From the IMG/VR virus record IMGVR_UViG_3300014697_000001, positions 128,001 to 192,000 of that record: a stretch of DNA of 64,000 nt. One strand, given 5' to 3'. Shown here piece after piece: positions 7,315 to 17,908 of the stretch (position 1 is its first letter; the number at the start of each line of letters is the position of its first letter). The DNA is from a virus (lineage: Duplodnaviria > Caudoviricetes). Position numbers and translations under genes: made by a program. Under the pieces are notes generated by a model. It was not told the DNA's origin, ran no database searches, and saw nothing but the letters and a program-made list of their open reading frames with translations.

Positions 7315-8754
7315 TTAACTCCACTGAGCAGGCCATATCTGGCGCCACACTCCACCGATGTAAGCCTGCAGCGTACCACTGACCTCACGCAACGAGGTAG
7401 AAACCGAACTGTTGACCATGACATACCGGCTGTCGTGATCGCCCGCCAGGATGTGGTCATGCATAGCACCTGCCAACAACAGAGTCGCACTGCTGTTGAC
7501 GTTACGTTCCCGCGACACCTCATTCGGAATGTTGCTCAGTCCGACTTGTGTCTTGGTCACCGCGTGCGGGTTGTTCAAGTTACTTACGTGGGTGTTGAGC
7601 AGTGCTCCAGCCTGGAACGTAATCGCTTCTTTGGTCCGCAGGGGGGTCATGAAGCGTGTGGACAACGTACCGGCCTCAGCTTCCGTCTTAGTGGCGGTAC
7701 TGTAGTTATCCACACTGCCCAGACCCACTTGAGCCTTGGTGACACTGTGTGGATTACTTACGTTGGCGGCGTGCAGTACATACGCATCACCCACCTGAGC
7801 GGCAATCGCAGCTTTAGTCACAGAGGCGGTCATGTACTTGTCGGTTGCCGTACCACTGACTCCCTCTGCGGAGCTGGCAGTACCATAGTTCAGTACATTG
7901 CCCAGACCCACCTGGGCCTTGGTCACGTTATGTGGGTTGGTCTTGTCGGCAATGTGGGTGTCCACTGCTTCTTTAACCAACTTGGCGATCAGCAAAGTTG
8001 TGGTGGCTGGGGTCATGTAGCGGGTGGGAAGTTCTCCAGCCAATGCCTCAACAGACGTGGCTGGTGGGAAGTCCTCCACCAAGCCCAGCCCCACCTGAGC
8101 CTTAGTCACCGCGTGTGGATTGGCCTTGTCCGACACGTGCGTGAACAGTCGAGCATCCACTGCCCGAATCTCGGTTTCAAGATCATCACGAATGGTCTGC
8201 ATCTGCATGCGCAGTTCATCGTGAGATGCTTCGTCACCCACCAGGATTGCATTACGAATACTTTCTAGCTGAAATACCACGTACTCCCAGCCATAGGTAT
8301 CGCCAATGTCATGGATGTGGGGTGCCGCAGGATATGCCAGAGGACGACCAACCAACGACCCCCATTTAACCGGACGCTCATCCAGATCAAGGGTGTTTAT
8401 CAGGTCGATCAGGGCGTTCATGTTCCATGAATATTCGCCACCGACTACCTGATAGTCCATGCTGACAATAATGGGTACATTGGTCTTTAGCAAAACAGCG
8501 GATTGGACGTCTTTACCAGTGCGCAGGGCGGCCTGTTGGAAGGGCTGACACAGAACGTAATCGTCTACTGGGCGAAGAACTTCACCGGTCTCAGTATTGG
8601 TCAGTACCATGCTTTCGGTATAGAACGGCCCTGCTGCGGGCACAAACGCACGCTCACGTGTGTTGGTGATGCTTCGAATTTCGCCCACTATCCGGTTGGT
8701 GGGCGATGTCCCAAGCTTATCCAGTGGGTAGGTGATGATCGGAAGATTAGCCAT
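7315..8754 (-). CDS. tail fibre-like virion protein (phiKZ gp145/146-like)
   Basis: Four ~60-aa repeats H-x7-H (..NPH)xVTKxQVGL..V.N/D..YMTP; N-terminal YPLDKLG domain paralogous to 8797-11079; C-terminal GGVWRQIWP. Confidence 0.75.
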   Translation of the reverse strand: MANLPIITYPLDKLGTSPTNRIVGEIRSITNTRERAFVPAAGPFYTESMVLTNTETGEVLRPVDDYVLCQPFQQAALRTGKDVQSAVLLKTNVPIIVSMDYQVVGGEYSWNMNALIDLINTLDLDERPVKWGSLVGRPLAYPAAPHIHDIGDTYGWEYVVFQLESIRNAILVGDEASHDELRMQMQTIRDDLETEIRAVDARLFTHVSDKANPHAVTKAQVGLGLVEDFPPATSVEALAGELPTRYMTPATTTLLIAKLVKEAVDTHIADKTNPHNVTKAQVGLGNVLNYGTASSAEGVSGTATDKYMTASVTKAAIAAQVGDAYVLHAANVSNPHSVTKAQVGLGSVDNYSTATKTEAEAGTLSTRFMTPLRTKEAITFQAGALLNTHVSNLNNPHAVTKTQVGLSNIPNEVSRERNVNSSATLLLAGAMHDHILAGDHDSRYVMVNSSVSTSLREVSGTLQAYIGGVWRQIWPAQWS

Positions 8755-8796
8755 GTGGATATACTCGATGTCTGTCAGAGAGGACTAGCCTCTCCA

Positions 8797-11079
8797 TCAG
8801 GAGAAGATAACGGTGAGAGAGTCTAGCACCGTGCTGATTTCATCAATGATCACATTGGTGACATCGGTCATGTGTTTCGGAGTGATCATGACCTCGTTCG
8901 ATTCACCGGCCATAGCCTGATCGTCAGAGGCAATTCCTCGACCCAGTGTTACGGGCGTGAAATTGACCACATCGACGGGGCGGAAGGGAATCAGATCGTT
9001 TACGCTGGAAGGCGCTGTCTGAGGTGCCGGGGTCATTCGTTTATATGATAGTTCAGTGACGTCAACACGATTTCGAGGCGATGGCGAATGGAGCCATATT
9101 TCTACTGCAGCGGAATTGTCTGCACCAACCTGACGGTAGCCGAGTTCGAACATACCAGATAGCGAGGTATTCAGGTACCTCGATTCTGCGGCAGATACCT
9201 GCATCACCTGTTCGCCATTGACGTTCTCCATAGAACACGACAAGGTGGCCATAACTGTGGGGTTGATGTGAAACTCTAGCGAATCATTGTCCCGCCCACC
9301 TGTAAACAACAAGGTGGTGTCGTATGTCAGCCCCACGTCAATAGCTTGATGAATGGTACCGACCTTTACCCAGCTGGACTGTTGAACATTACCGCTGTCA
9401 TCCCCGCTAAAGTTAGGGATCTCAGGGAGGCTGAATTGGATCTTGCTGTCTGTGATCCCGCTGCTGACACTGCTTTGAATCTCGGCCAGGGTGAGACCAC
9501 CCAGTTTATTAGAGTTTGCAGAAGTCCCGGCCAAAATCTCAGTCGTTGCCTGAACAAAGGTGCGCCCTTCCAACTTCAGCGCATTCTGCATATCCAGGCT
9601 TCTGATACGGCTTTCTAAGCCAGCCTGATCCATTCCGAATACTTTCAGCGCATCAGCGGCTTTCTCACCTACACCGAGTTTCTCAGCCAGGGCAATATCC
9701 ATGTACTGGATACTGTAAGCCCCTACTTGCTCTGCTGTAACCCGATGAGGGTTGTTGTAGTCTGTCGTATGTGCTCCCGAGCTGCCATCCCCTACCAGCG
9801 CGTTGATGGCTTGTCGAACAGCCAGCGGGGTCATGAACCGATCGGTCCGAGTACCATCTCTGGCATCGGTTTCAGTAGCGGTACTGTAGTTGTCTACGTT
9901 ACCCAGTCCGATTTGTGCTTTGGTCACCGCATGGGGGTTATTCGACGAACTAACGTGGTCATTGATCTGAGGGGTGATGGTTTCGGTAACAACCATCCGC
10001 ATCAGTCGCGGCGTCATGACACCTGAATCATCAGTACCCAGGAGCGCCGCAGCGTTGGTAGCAATGCCAATGTTGACGACGTTCCCCAGACCTACTTGTG
10101 CCTTGGTGGTGCTGTGGGGGTTGTTCTTGTCCCCGGCGTGCGCATTGAACGCGTCGCCAGTAATGGCCATGATGGCTTCACGCACCCGTAGAGGGGTCAT
10201 GTAGCGTGCGTTACTGGCACCTGCTTCAGCTTCCGCTGTAGTGGCGATGGCATAGTTCTGTACGTTACCCAGACTGATTTGTGCCTTGGTTACGGCATGG
10301 GGATTCGTCTTGTCGGCAATGTGATCATTGAGTGCGGCTGTAGCCACTGCATCGATCAGCTGCTTGGTGCGCAGAGGCGTCATGAACCGATTATGGGCCA
10401 CACCATCGGTAGCTTCTACAGGCGAGGCAGTGGGGAAGTTATCCACCAGCCCAAGACCGACCTGAGACTTGGTCACTTCATGTGGGTTGGCCTTGGAGTC
10501 GACGTGACTGGACAGGCCGCCTTCATTCTTCTGCTCAATCGCAGTGCTGATAGTACCCAGTTGATCGACCACCTCGCTCATGCCGACAAAGTCATCAACG
10601 TTGAAGTCATGGTTCACGACCGGGAACTGGTGCGGCAATTCCACCAGTTGCTCCCAGGTGGCAATGCGCGGGTTGTAAGCTACGTTGAGCAATAGCTCTG
10701 ACATCGCCTGGTCATTGAGAACCCAGTCGCCGCCGAGGGTCTGCAATTCCATCCGCAGTTGACCTTCCAGATTACGATCATAGAAGGTGATGGCACCGTA
10801 GACCGGCTTTCCAATGGTATGCGATGCTTGGGTGAAATGATAACCGAAGTTGTAGTGTATTCCTTCTTTCAGCAGAATACCTTGGGCTGGATTGTTAGGG
10901 TTAGTACCTACAGGATAAAGGTGAAGCTTTGCCCCCTCGGCATAGAAAGGACTGACCCGGGGAACGACGTAATAGTGGTCGAACAAGCCCCGCGACTTGA
11001 TCGCTTGAGTTTCGACTACCTGGTTACTTTTAGCAAGCCCCGTCGGATCGAAAGGGTATTGTGGGATGACAGTACTCAT
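8797..11079 (-). CDS. tail fibre-like virion protein (phiKZ gp145/146-like)
   Basis: N-terminal YPFDPTG domain, five NPH.VT..Q(V/I)GL repeats, variable beta-rich C-terminal domain. Confidence 0.78.
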   Translation of the reverse strand: MSTVIPQYPFDPTGLAKSNQVVETQAIKSRGLFDHYYVVPRVSPFYAEGAKLHLYPVGTNPNNPAQGILLKEGIHYNFGYHFTQASHTIGKPVYGAITFYDRNLEGQLRMELQTLGGDWVLNDQAMSELLLNVAYNPRIATWEQLVELPHQFPVVNHDFNVDDFVGMSEVVDQLGTISTAIEQKNEGGLSSHVDSKANPHEVTKSQVGLGLVDNFPTASPVEATDGVAHNRFMTPLRTKQLIDAVATAALNDHIADKTNPHAVTKAQISLGNVQNYAIATTAEAEAGASNARYMTPLRVREAIMAITGDAFNAHAGDKNNPHSTTKAQVGLGNVVNIGIATNAAALLGTDDSGVMTPRLMRMVVTETITPQINDHVSSSNNPHAVTKAQIGLGNVDNYSTATETDARDGTRTDRFMTPLAVRQAINALVGDGSSGAHTTDYNNPHRVTAEQVGAYSIQYMDIALAEKLGVGEKAADALKVFGMDQAGLESRIRSLDMQNALKLEGRTFVQATTEILAGTSANSNKLGGLTLAEIQSSVSSGITDSKIQFSLPEIPNFSGDDSGNVQQSSWVKVGTIHQAIDVGLTYDTTLLFTGGRDNDSLEFHINPTVMATLSCSMENVNGEQVMQVSAAESRYLNTSLSGMFELGYRQVGADNSAAVEIWLHSPSPRNRVDVTELSYKRMTPAPQTAPSSVNDLIPFRPVDVVNFTPVTLGRGIASDDQAMAGESNEVMITPKHMTDVTNVIIDEISTVLDSLTVIFS

Positions 11080-11222
11080 GAGTTACACTCTCCGAAGAGG
11101 AATCTCCACCGGCATCGACTCTATTTGACAGGGCCTGAACGGTCGACGTGTTTGTAAGAACTATGTTTGACAATATTATTCATCAAACAACTGGCATACC
11201 ATTATTGCCTGGGGAGCCGAAA

Positions 11223-12482
11223 ATGTACGAATACCAATACGCCATGTTGAAGCACCGGCTGCCCAATGTGCGTTACGAAGAAAAAGATATCCGTGATCTG
11301 TCAGTCAAAACCATGCTTCAGACCTATGCCGAAGTCTACCTTGTCGTGACACATCCGGCCCTGGAAGGTAAGCACACCCTGCGCCTGCATGACGCTGAGG
11401 CCCTGCTCGTCCCGGTGCTAGATACCGTCACGGTAGTGCAGTGGTTGATCGATAACGCCAACACCACGCTACCTACAATCCCCGGCGAACCCAAAGTCAA
11501 GCAATTCGATGCACTGGCACGAGACATCTGGCAGGCGGGTTTTAAAGCCGATCTTTGCGTGGCCAAAGGTTCGCCATTTAACGATGCGACCGACTATGAC
11601 AAACCTGATATCTGGCTGACTCGGGACGACACTGATTATGTTGACCTGCAGCGTCATTGCTTGGCTACGGTCAATGGTCTGGTGCATCGATTGGATGCAG
11701 ACCGCGATGGGGCCTACATCAAGGACGGTGGCGTGACGTTCCGTAAAACACAGAATGCCATGCTTGGCCTGATCAGTTTCAAGAACATTGGTCGGGTCCA
11801 TACGACCAGCATCACACCGGAGATGGTCTATCAGCCCAACCCAACACGCCTGTTGTCGGATCAGTTCTACTTGAAGTTGCCTTTCGACACCACGAATAAA
11901 GTGGTCGGGATTGTCATCGGTGGGTATCTGCACCTGGCCAGCCGAGACGTTAAGGTGACCGGACCCCATACACTACGGGTGGACATGAACCGCATCCCGT
12001 TCCTTGAGCGGTACATGGAATCGCGGTACCTTATCAATCAATCGGCACTGGAACGGTTTCATGAAGTCAGTCCGACGAACCCCACCGATTACGACCTGCA
12101 GAACTTCCACTCCAATGAATGCATGTTGGAACTGCTGGGGCTTAGCCAGTCGTTTGTAGTGGCTATCGAAACAGATCACCTGACCGTCGACACCATCCAA
12201 ACCAGTCGGACGTTCCTACCCGGTCGCTTCTACCTTGAAGGCGAGGTGCCACTCTGGCCCTTGAGGACTCAGCTTGGTTTACTGCCCTCCTATATCAAGG
12301 AGGAAGAAAACAAGGTCTGGGTTCTACGCACTGACAATAACCTGCACCAGCATCGGTTGATGGACACCTACAACTATCGATGGCAACCCAAGGTAGATGA
12401 GAAGCGGATCTCAGCAGAGCCGGTTACATTCCACCGTGGCGAGTTGGTCAAATGGTCGCACAGTGAAATAAAAGTCAGTTGA
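11223..12482 (+). CDS. probable virion structural protein
   Basis: Long ORF, GGGGAG RBS before ATG 11223 (ORF track begins 11148); lies among structural genes. Confidence 0.6.
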   Translation: MYEYQYAMLKHRLPNVRYEEKDIRDLSVKTMLQTYAEVYLVVTHPALEGKHTLRLHDAEALLVPVLDTVTVVQWLIDNANTTLPTIPGEPKVKQFDALARDIWQAGFKADLCVAKGSPFNDATDYDKPDIWLTRDDTDYVDLQRHCLATVNGLVHRLDADRDGAYIKDGGVTFRKTQNAMLGLISFKNIGRVHTTSITPEMVYQPNPTRLLSDQFYLKLPFDTTNKVVGIVIGGYLHLASRDVKVTGPHTLRVDMNRIPFLERYMESRYLINQSALERFHEVSPTNPTDYDLQNFHSNECMLELLGLSQSFVVAIETDHLTVDTIQTSRTFLPGRFYLEGEVPLWPLRTQLGLLPSYIKEEENKVWVLRTDNNLHQHRLMDTYNYRWQPKVDEKRISAEPVTFHRGELVKWSHSEIKVS

Positions 12483-12494
12483 GACTGGAGATAT

Positions 12495-13145
12495 ATGAAC
12501 ATACTAACCACAGCGGCGGCATTTCGCCGCCGCATGAATCCCGCCCTTATCCAACCGGTCAATTGGTGGAAGCTCCAAACTGACCTGACCGATACTGTAA
12601 ATCAAACCCAGGCAGCTGGCTCTGGAACATTGGCATTCAGTACGGTACTGGGTAGAAAGGCTGTTCGCTACAACGGCAGCTCCTACATCACACTTGGCAG
12701 ACTTTCACTCAATAGCCAGATAGGATGGTCCGTTAGTACCTGGTTTAACCCGGTTAATTTCACAGGCTATGCACACCTGATTAATAGCATCAATACGACC
12801 CTTTTTGGGTTTAAGGTGGCCAAAGACGGCGATCCCTCTGCCAGACGGTTATACTTGTTTGCGGCGCCTTCTTCCATCAGTCAAGTGGCTCCAGGCGACC
12901 ACCTCATTGCAGGACGCTGGTATTTCCTAACTGCCACGTATGACGGTGCAATCCTTCGACTCTACATTGGCGATAAGTTAGTAGGTCAATTCACCACGGC
13001 CATCGGGCCAATCAGTGACACCATGAGGTCGGGTACCGGCAACGCAGGTAAGGAATTTACCAATGGCTATCAATCCGATCTAAGGATCTACGACAGGGCT
13101 CTGACCCCTAGTGAAATCACAGCGATCATGGCACTTCCCCAGTAA
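12495..13145 (+). CDS. LamG/concanavalin A-like (Laminin_G_3) domain protein
   Basis: WSVSTWFNP...GRWYFLTATYDGAILRLYIG...SDLRIYDRALTPSEI signature. Confidence 0.8.
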   Translation: MNILTTAAAFRRRMNPALIQPVNWWKLQTDLTDTVNQTQAAGSGTLAFSTVLGRKAVRYNGSSYITLGRLSLNSQIGWSVSTWFNPVNFTGYAHLINSINTTLFGFKVAKDGDPSARRLYLFAAPSSISQVAPGDHLIAGRWYFLTATYDGAILRLYIGDKLVGQFTTAIGPISDTMRSGTGNAGKEFTNGYQSDLRIYDRALTPSEITAIMALPQ

Positions 13146-13156
13146 TTGTCGACTCA

Positions 13157-13190
13157 GCATAGAGGAGGGCAGTTGCCCTCCTCTTTATGC
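13157..13190. terminator. bidirectional hairpin terminator, GCATA...TTATGC family
   Basis: GCAT-AGAGGAGGGC-AGTT-GCCCTCCTCT-TTATGC between convergent genes. Confidence 0.7.
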
Positions 13191-13191
13191 G

Positions 13192-13455
13192 TTATGGAAT
13201 GTCCATGTCACTGGAACCAGTTGCCCCGTGACCGCAAGTGGCCACACTACCGACCCGTGTCACAGGGACACCATCGATGGTCATCCATGGACTCGCTGAC
13301 GCAATTGCAGGACCGCTATGAGGAGCTTTCCCGTGTCCAGCTACCGCATCCCCTAGCAAGGAGATGGGTTTGCCATTCCATGTCCAATTCGATGCACCCG
13401 GACCGGTAATCACCGCACCTGCACTGTCCACCCCGACCAGAGATACAATACCCAT
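13192..13455 (-). CDS. PAAR-type spike tip protein (phiKZ gp163.1-like)
   Basis: 87 aa, NGKPISLLGDAVAGH...H...IDGVPVTRVGSVATCGH; coupled (TAATG) to the spike gene. Confidence 0.85.
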   Translation of the reverse strand: MGIVSLVGVDSAGAVITGPGASNWTWNGKPISLLGDAVAGHGKAPHSGPAIASASPWMTIDGVPVTRVGSVATCGHGATGSSDMDIP

Positions 13456-14252
13456 TACGATACCCCTTTGAAGTTAGGCGTCTTGAGGGTAGTTCCACTG
13501 GATTGTAATGTGAACACGCTCCCACCACCATTGAGTGTGATCTTCTTCGCTTTCACATCGACATTCTGATCAGCCGTAAAGGCGATGTTCCTCGGTGCGT
13601 AGGCATTTATGTCTTGCTTGTTCATCTCAAAGAACGTACCGAGTTGGTTCAGTACCTTGTAGTGAATGTTCTTGGAGTCAAACAGGCAGCTATTGCCTAC
13701 GTTATCCTGAAGCACCACTCGACCATTACCCATGTCGAACTGGAAGTCATAGGTGCAGAACTCCCCATTCTTTTGACTGGTAGAGAGTGTAATGGTCTTG
13801 GCGTGACTGCTGATCTCGATGAAGTACATGTTCTCTGGAATGCGCCCATCAGCATCGGGGTCGGCATTGCCCGAGATCCCAATGACCACGGTCTCCAAGC
13901 GCCGCAGTTTTTCATCCTTGGCCATGGATCGCCAGTAGTACTGGTCGTTGCCCGCCATCTGCCACAGCTCGACCATCTCGCCTCGCTGGATATCGGGAGG
14001 GGTGAGGCGGTTACTGTCAGGGAGCCAGATAGCAGGTAGGTCAGTGGCTACAAATGCGGTACCTGCTTGGACATTACCCGAACTGTCTTTGACCTCGTAC
14101 TCCATTTCGTCGACTTTATCGACAATCTCCCCATCCATGAAGGGCATCTTCTCATGGGGCGATACCAGCAATTCGTGGGATTTTAACTTCTTGTTTTCAG
14201 CCGCAGTGCCAATGGCCACACAGCGAAACATACTGACGGTGTTGTCAAACAT
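13455..14252 (-). CDS. baseplate central spike (gpV/gp5-like, phiKZ gp164-like)
   Basis: OB-fold-like N-terminus (PPDIQRGEMVELW) and beta-helix-like C-terminus; adjacent to PAAR; GAGGT RBS before 14252. Confidence 0.75.
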   Translation of the reverse strand: MFDNTVSMFRCVAIGTAAENKKLKSHELLVSPHEKMPFMDGEIVDKVDEMEYEVKDSSGNVQAGTAFVATDLPAIWLPDSNRLTPPDIQRGEMVELWQMAGNDQYYWRSMAKDEKLRRLETVVIGISGNADPDADGRIPENMYFIEISSHAKTITLSTSQKNGEFCTYDFQFDMGNGRVVLQDNVGNSCLFDSKNIHYKVLNQLGTFFEMNKQDINAYAPRNIAFTADQNVDVKAKKITLNGGGSVFTLQSSGTTLKTPNFKGVS

Positions 14253-14314
14253 ACCCACCTCATTAAACGAAAACATAAACGACTTATTCTACAGAATTGG
14301 GGAGCAATGCCAAT

Positions 14315-16783
14315 ATGTTTATCACAAAGCTGATCTTGCATCGCTGCAAGCGTTTCTATCTACGTGAAATTGAAACCCTGGAAATCAACCCGACCTTAAA
14401 GACCCAGATCATCCTAGGTACCAACGGTTCCGGTAAGTCCAGTCTACTTAAGGTTGGCTTTACCGTTCTGCCTGCCGATGCTCGTGACTTCATGAAAGGC
14501 GGTTATAAGCTGGTTCACGTGATGCACAACGGCAAAGTGTACGAGCTGAAGAATGACTTCTCCGGGAAAGCCCCTCTGCACAGTTTCATCTGTGACGGTG
14601 AGGAACTCAATGAAGGCCATACTGGCGCTGTTCAACGTGAACTGGTGCGTGAACACTTTGGCATGACCAATGAGCTGCATCAGGTCCTGACTGGCCAGCT
14701 GAACTTTACTGACATGAGTGCTGTCCAGCGACGCGAGTGGATCACTCTGTTGTCCTCGGCTGACTTTGAATACGTCATCAAACTGCACGGGAAGATCAAA
14801 CGTGCAGTGCGTGATACCGGCGCGGTCATCAAGCACCTGTCGGGTCGTCTTGTCAATGAGATCGCCAAAAAGATTGACGATGAGACATTCAACACCCTGC
14901 GGCGCCAGTCTCAGGAGATCTGTGACAAACTGATCCGACTGCACCAGCATTCCAAGCGTGAAGGTCTGGCTGATAACTTCGATACCTATGGTCGAGAGTA
15001 CCATAATCTGCTGTCTGATCTGGAAGCTCTCCTACAGCGCGCCAAGTACCTTAAAGGTGAAGTGCCACTGTCGGTCAAGGATACGGACGAAGAGGCCGTC
15101 ACAGAGCTTAAGGAGGCCTTGCGTAGCCGTGTACAGATGCTTGACGCAGCGCTTCATGAAGTTTCCAGTCGTCATCAGGAAATTGACAAGCAATTGCACG
15201 ACATTGGAGAGCTGGAAGCGATCGATCCTGCTGAACTCCATGCCCGTATCGCAGAATTGACCACACGTAAAGAACTGCTCAAAGTCCAGTTTAAGACTAC
15301 AGCCAACCCAGACAACCTGCCCAACCATGGGTATTGCTTTGCAGCCATTCAAGAAGTCATTGAAACCTTGCATGGCGTCTCGGTCACTGATGACAGTTTG
15401 ATTGATCGGGCCAGTATCTTTCGCAAGCAGCAGGAACTTAACGAACTCCAGCAGAAGCTGGTGTCTGGATCGTCCAGGATCAGTGAACTGGAGTACCGAC
15501 TCAACCACATCCGTAATTGCTCCACGGTTTCCTGCCCCAATTGCAATCACCAGTTCAAGGAAGGGGTCTCAGGAAGTGAAGAGGAGGAGATCAGTCAGCT
15601 ACTGGCCAAAGGGTACTCGTTCCGACAGAACATGTCCGCCAAGATCGATGAGGTCAAGGCATGGCTCGGAGAAGCACAACAAGCAGGTGATGTCGTCCAT
15701 CAACTGTACGGGCTGCGTGATCGCAATCCCAACTTGGCTGAACTGTTCAGTCTGATCAACGATGCAGGCGGCTTTGGACGAGGGAGGGCACTGATCCCAC
15801 TGTGCACTGACTTTGTGAGTGACGTCAAAGCCCATCTGGCCATGATTGAGTTGGATCATGAGATTGTGCCACTTGTAGAGCGCCTCAGTGCGCTTAAACA
15901 GCTGGACCAGTCCAGTGGCTTGCGTGACGTTGCCCAGTCGCTCAGCGAGCGTGTGGTGGATCTTAAAGGCCACTTGATCGATGCTAGACAGACCCTGAAG
16001 GAAGTGGAGAGTTTCTCTCAGCGAATGGCGGAGGCCCGTGAGATCAGTAAGGCTGTTGAATACAGTATGCTGCGCCTGGATGACTTGATGACTCAGATGA
16101 CCCGCTTTATCGCAGTCGAAGAAGTCGAAGCTCAGGTCAAGAAGCATCAGGTGCAACTCGGCATGTTGGAGCAATCCCTGGCCGAAGCTGAAGTGCAGAT
16201 GGGGATTGTCACCGACCTTAACCGGTCGCTCGAAGACGCCCGAGTGGAGGAGAAAGCCTTGATCATGCTGGAGAAGATACTGTCGCCTCGCGACGGGATC
16301 ATCGCTGAGCAGATCCTGGTCTTCATCAACACTTTCATCGAGAGCATCAACGACGTAATCGCCAAGGTATGGGGCTACAACCTTGCACTGGATGTCTGCG
16401 ACCTGGCTGAAGGGGAGTTGGATTACAAGTTCCCGATGTACGTGCACAATGCTGACAATACCGTTGACGATATCCGCTTTGGCTCGGACAGTCAGAAGGA
16501 CATTGTCAATCAGGCTTTCCGGTTGGTGGTTTACAAGTTCATGGAACTGGACGGGTATCCGCTCTATCTCGATGAATTGGGTCGGACCTTTGACGAAGTC
16601 CATCGTCTGAACCTGACTCTGGCATTGAAGGATTTGATGGGGGATGAGACATACTCACAGATCTTCTTCATCAGTCACTCGTTCGAGAGCCAGAACAGTT
16701 ACCCTGCCAGTCAGATCGCAGTCATTGATGACAGCCATGTCTCACTGAAGCGTGAGTACAACGAGCATGTAACCATCACCTGA
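14315..16783 (+). CDS. sbcC: SbcC/Rad50-like SMC ATPase (phiKZ gp165-like)
   Basis: Walker A GTNGSGKS, long coiled coil with CPNC zinc hook, GSDSQ signature, Walker B LYLDE, ISH. Confidence 0.9.
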   Translation: MFITKLILHRCKRFYLREIETLEINPTLKTQIILGTNGSGKSSLLKVGFTVLPADARDFMKGGYKLVHVMHNGKVYELKNDFSGKAPLHSFICDGEELNEGHTGAVQRELVREHFGMTNELHQVLTGQLNFTDMSAVQRREWITLLSSADFEYVIKLHGKIKRAVRDTGAVIKHLSGRLVNEIAKKIDDETFNTLRRQSQEICDKLIRLHQHSKREGLADNFDTYGREYHNLLSDLEALLQRAKYLKGEVPLSVKDTDEEAVTELKEALRSRVQMLDAALHEVSSRHQEIDKQLHDIGELEAIDPAELHARIAELTTRKELLKVQFKTTANPDNLPNHGYCFAAIQEVIETLHGVSVTDDSLIDRASIFRKQQELNELQQKLVSGSSRISELEYRLNHIRNCSTVSCPNCNHQFKEGVSGSEEEEISQLLAKGYSFRQNMSAKIDEVKAWLGEAQQAGDVVHQLYGLRDRNPNLAELFSLINDAGGFGRGRALIPLCTDFVSDVKAHLAMIELDHEIVPLVERLSALKQLDQSSGLRDVAQSLSERVVDLKGHLIDARQTLKEVESFSQRMAEAREISKAVEYSMLRLDDLMTQMTRFIAVEEVEAQVKKHQVQLGMLEQSLAEAEVQMGIVTDLNRSLEDARVEEKALIMLEKILSPRDGIIAEQILVFINTFIESINDVIAKVWGYNLALDVCDLAEGELDYKFPMYVHNADNTVDDIRFGSDSQKDIVNQAFRLVVYKFMELDGYPLYLDELGRTFDEVHRLNLTLALKDLMGDETYSQIFFISHSFESQNSYPASQIAVIDDSHVSLKREYNEHVTIT

Positions 16784-16793
16784 GGGCACTGGG

Positions 16794-17135
16794 ATGAAGA
16801 TTGATCGAGGGTCGGTGCGGTTCTACATCGGAGCCGCCACCACCGGAGAAGGGACTGGAAAATGGACATGGCCAGGTCGTGATCTACCTTTTCTTTACGA
16901 ACTTCGGTGGAAGGTAAACATCCAACGGTCACTGGAACCTGATCTGACGACCTGGAAACAGTTCGGTCTGATGATGGCCTTTGACCTGCTGGGTGAACAA
17001 TGGATTCAGGTACCTGTCAAAGCACTGGCTGAACAGATAGGGGATCAGGAAGTCATCGACCTGTTGACCCATTGTTCGGGTACCTACTTGGGGGTCTCCA
17101 GGTTCAGGGTATTGGATCAATTGGGTTGTCCGTAG
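16794..17135 (+). CDS. hypothetical protein
   Basis: 113-aa ORF following sbcC, ending before a terminator. Confidence 0.55.
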   Translation: MKIDRGSVRFYIGAATTGEGTGKWTWPGRDLPFLYELRWKVNIQRSLEPDLTTWKQFGLMMAFDLLGEQWIQVPVKALAEQIGDQEVIDLLTHCSGTYLGVSRFRVLDQLGCP

Positions 17136-17142
17136 ATGCAAA

Positions 17143-17176
17143 CATAGGGGAGGGGCTAGAGCCCCTCCCCTTATGC
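17143..17176. terminator. bidirectional hairpin terminator
   Basis: CATA-GGGGAGGGGC-TAGA-GCCCCTCCCC-TTATGC between convergent genes. Confidence 0.7.
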
Positions 17177-17185
17177 CGCATCATC

Positions 17186-17860
17186 CTACTCTACAAGTTC
17201 GAGTACAGGTCGCCAGCCATAATAACTGGACGTGTAACCAGGGGCATCGTAGTACGCTAGAGCTACACCGCCATGTCCACGCCATAGCCGAGTCGATCCC
17301 TGACTTTCCTGACACCACGACAGTGCCCCTGAGCCATGGGTGTATCGAGTCAGCAACTCAGCTTCGCTGTATTGCGCCCAATCGCCTTCGTCAATCCCTT
17401 CCGAGGCTAGGGTATTTGGCGCACCGCCAAACGGCCGACCCGAGATATGGTACATCAACCGGTTCCATTCAGACCCGTGAGTGCCCGGATGGTCATAGGT
17501 GTTGGCTGGGACTGTAGAGGGATCGGAATTAGCCCCTTTGAACAGCCTGACCTTATAGGTCTTGCCACCAATGACAATAGTTCTGGCACCGTACACCGCA
17601 TTAGCGCTGGCGATATGGTTCCATGTGATACTGTGGCGATAGGCTTTCTTGGCCACCAGCTTGGTTTTGCCATCCACCGGGTCTTTGAATTTGAGCCAAG
17701 GCTCGTCGCTGTTTTGGGCGACCCCTCCAGCCAGGCCGATGGCTGCAGCCAGTGCATTACCTGTAATAAAGTCACTGGCCAGGACTTCGCCTAGGAAGGG
17801 GTTTCGAGCAAGACCTAGTCGACGCCTGGTCTCGGATGCTGCAATCATCAATGGGTTCAT
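17186..17860 (-). CDS. virion structural protein of a paralogous phiKZ-like family
   Basis: FLGEV..DFITG..LA..IGL...WLKF...DGK..VAKK...YKVRL..G...GSEWNRL...GWRPVLEL, a motif set I recognise from phiKZ-like virion proteins. Confidence 0.65.
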   Translation of the reverse strand: MNPLMIAASETRRRLGLARNPFLGEVLASDFITGNALAAAIGLAGGVAQNSDEPWLKFKDPVDGKTKLVAKKAYRHSITWNHIASANAVYGARTIVIGGKTYKVRLFKGANSDPSTVPANTYDHPGTHGSEWNRLMYHISGRPFGGAPNTLASEGIDEGDWAQYSEAELLTRYTHGSGALSWCQESQGSTRLWRGHGGVALAYYDAPGYTSSYYGWRPVLELVE

Positions 17861-17908
17861 TTAATTTACCTGCAAGAGACGGGGTCACCGACCCTCATTG
17901 TGGCTATG

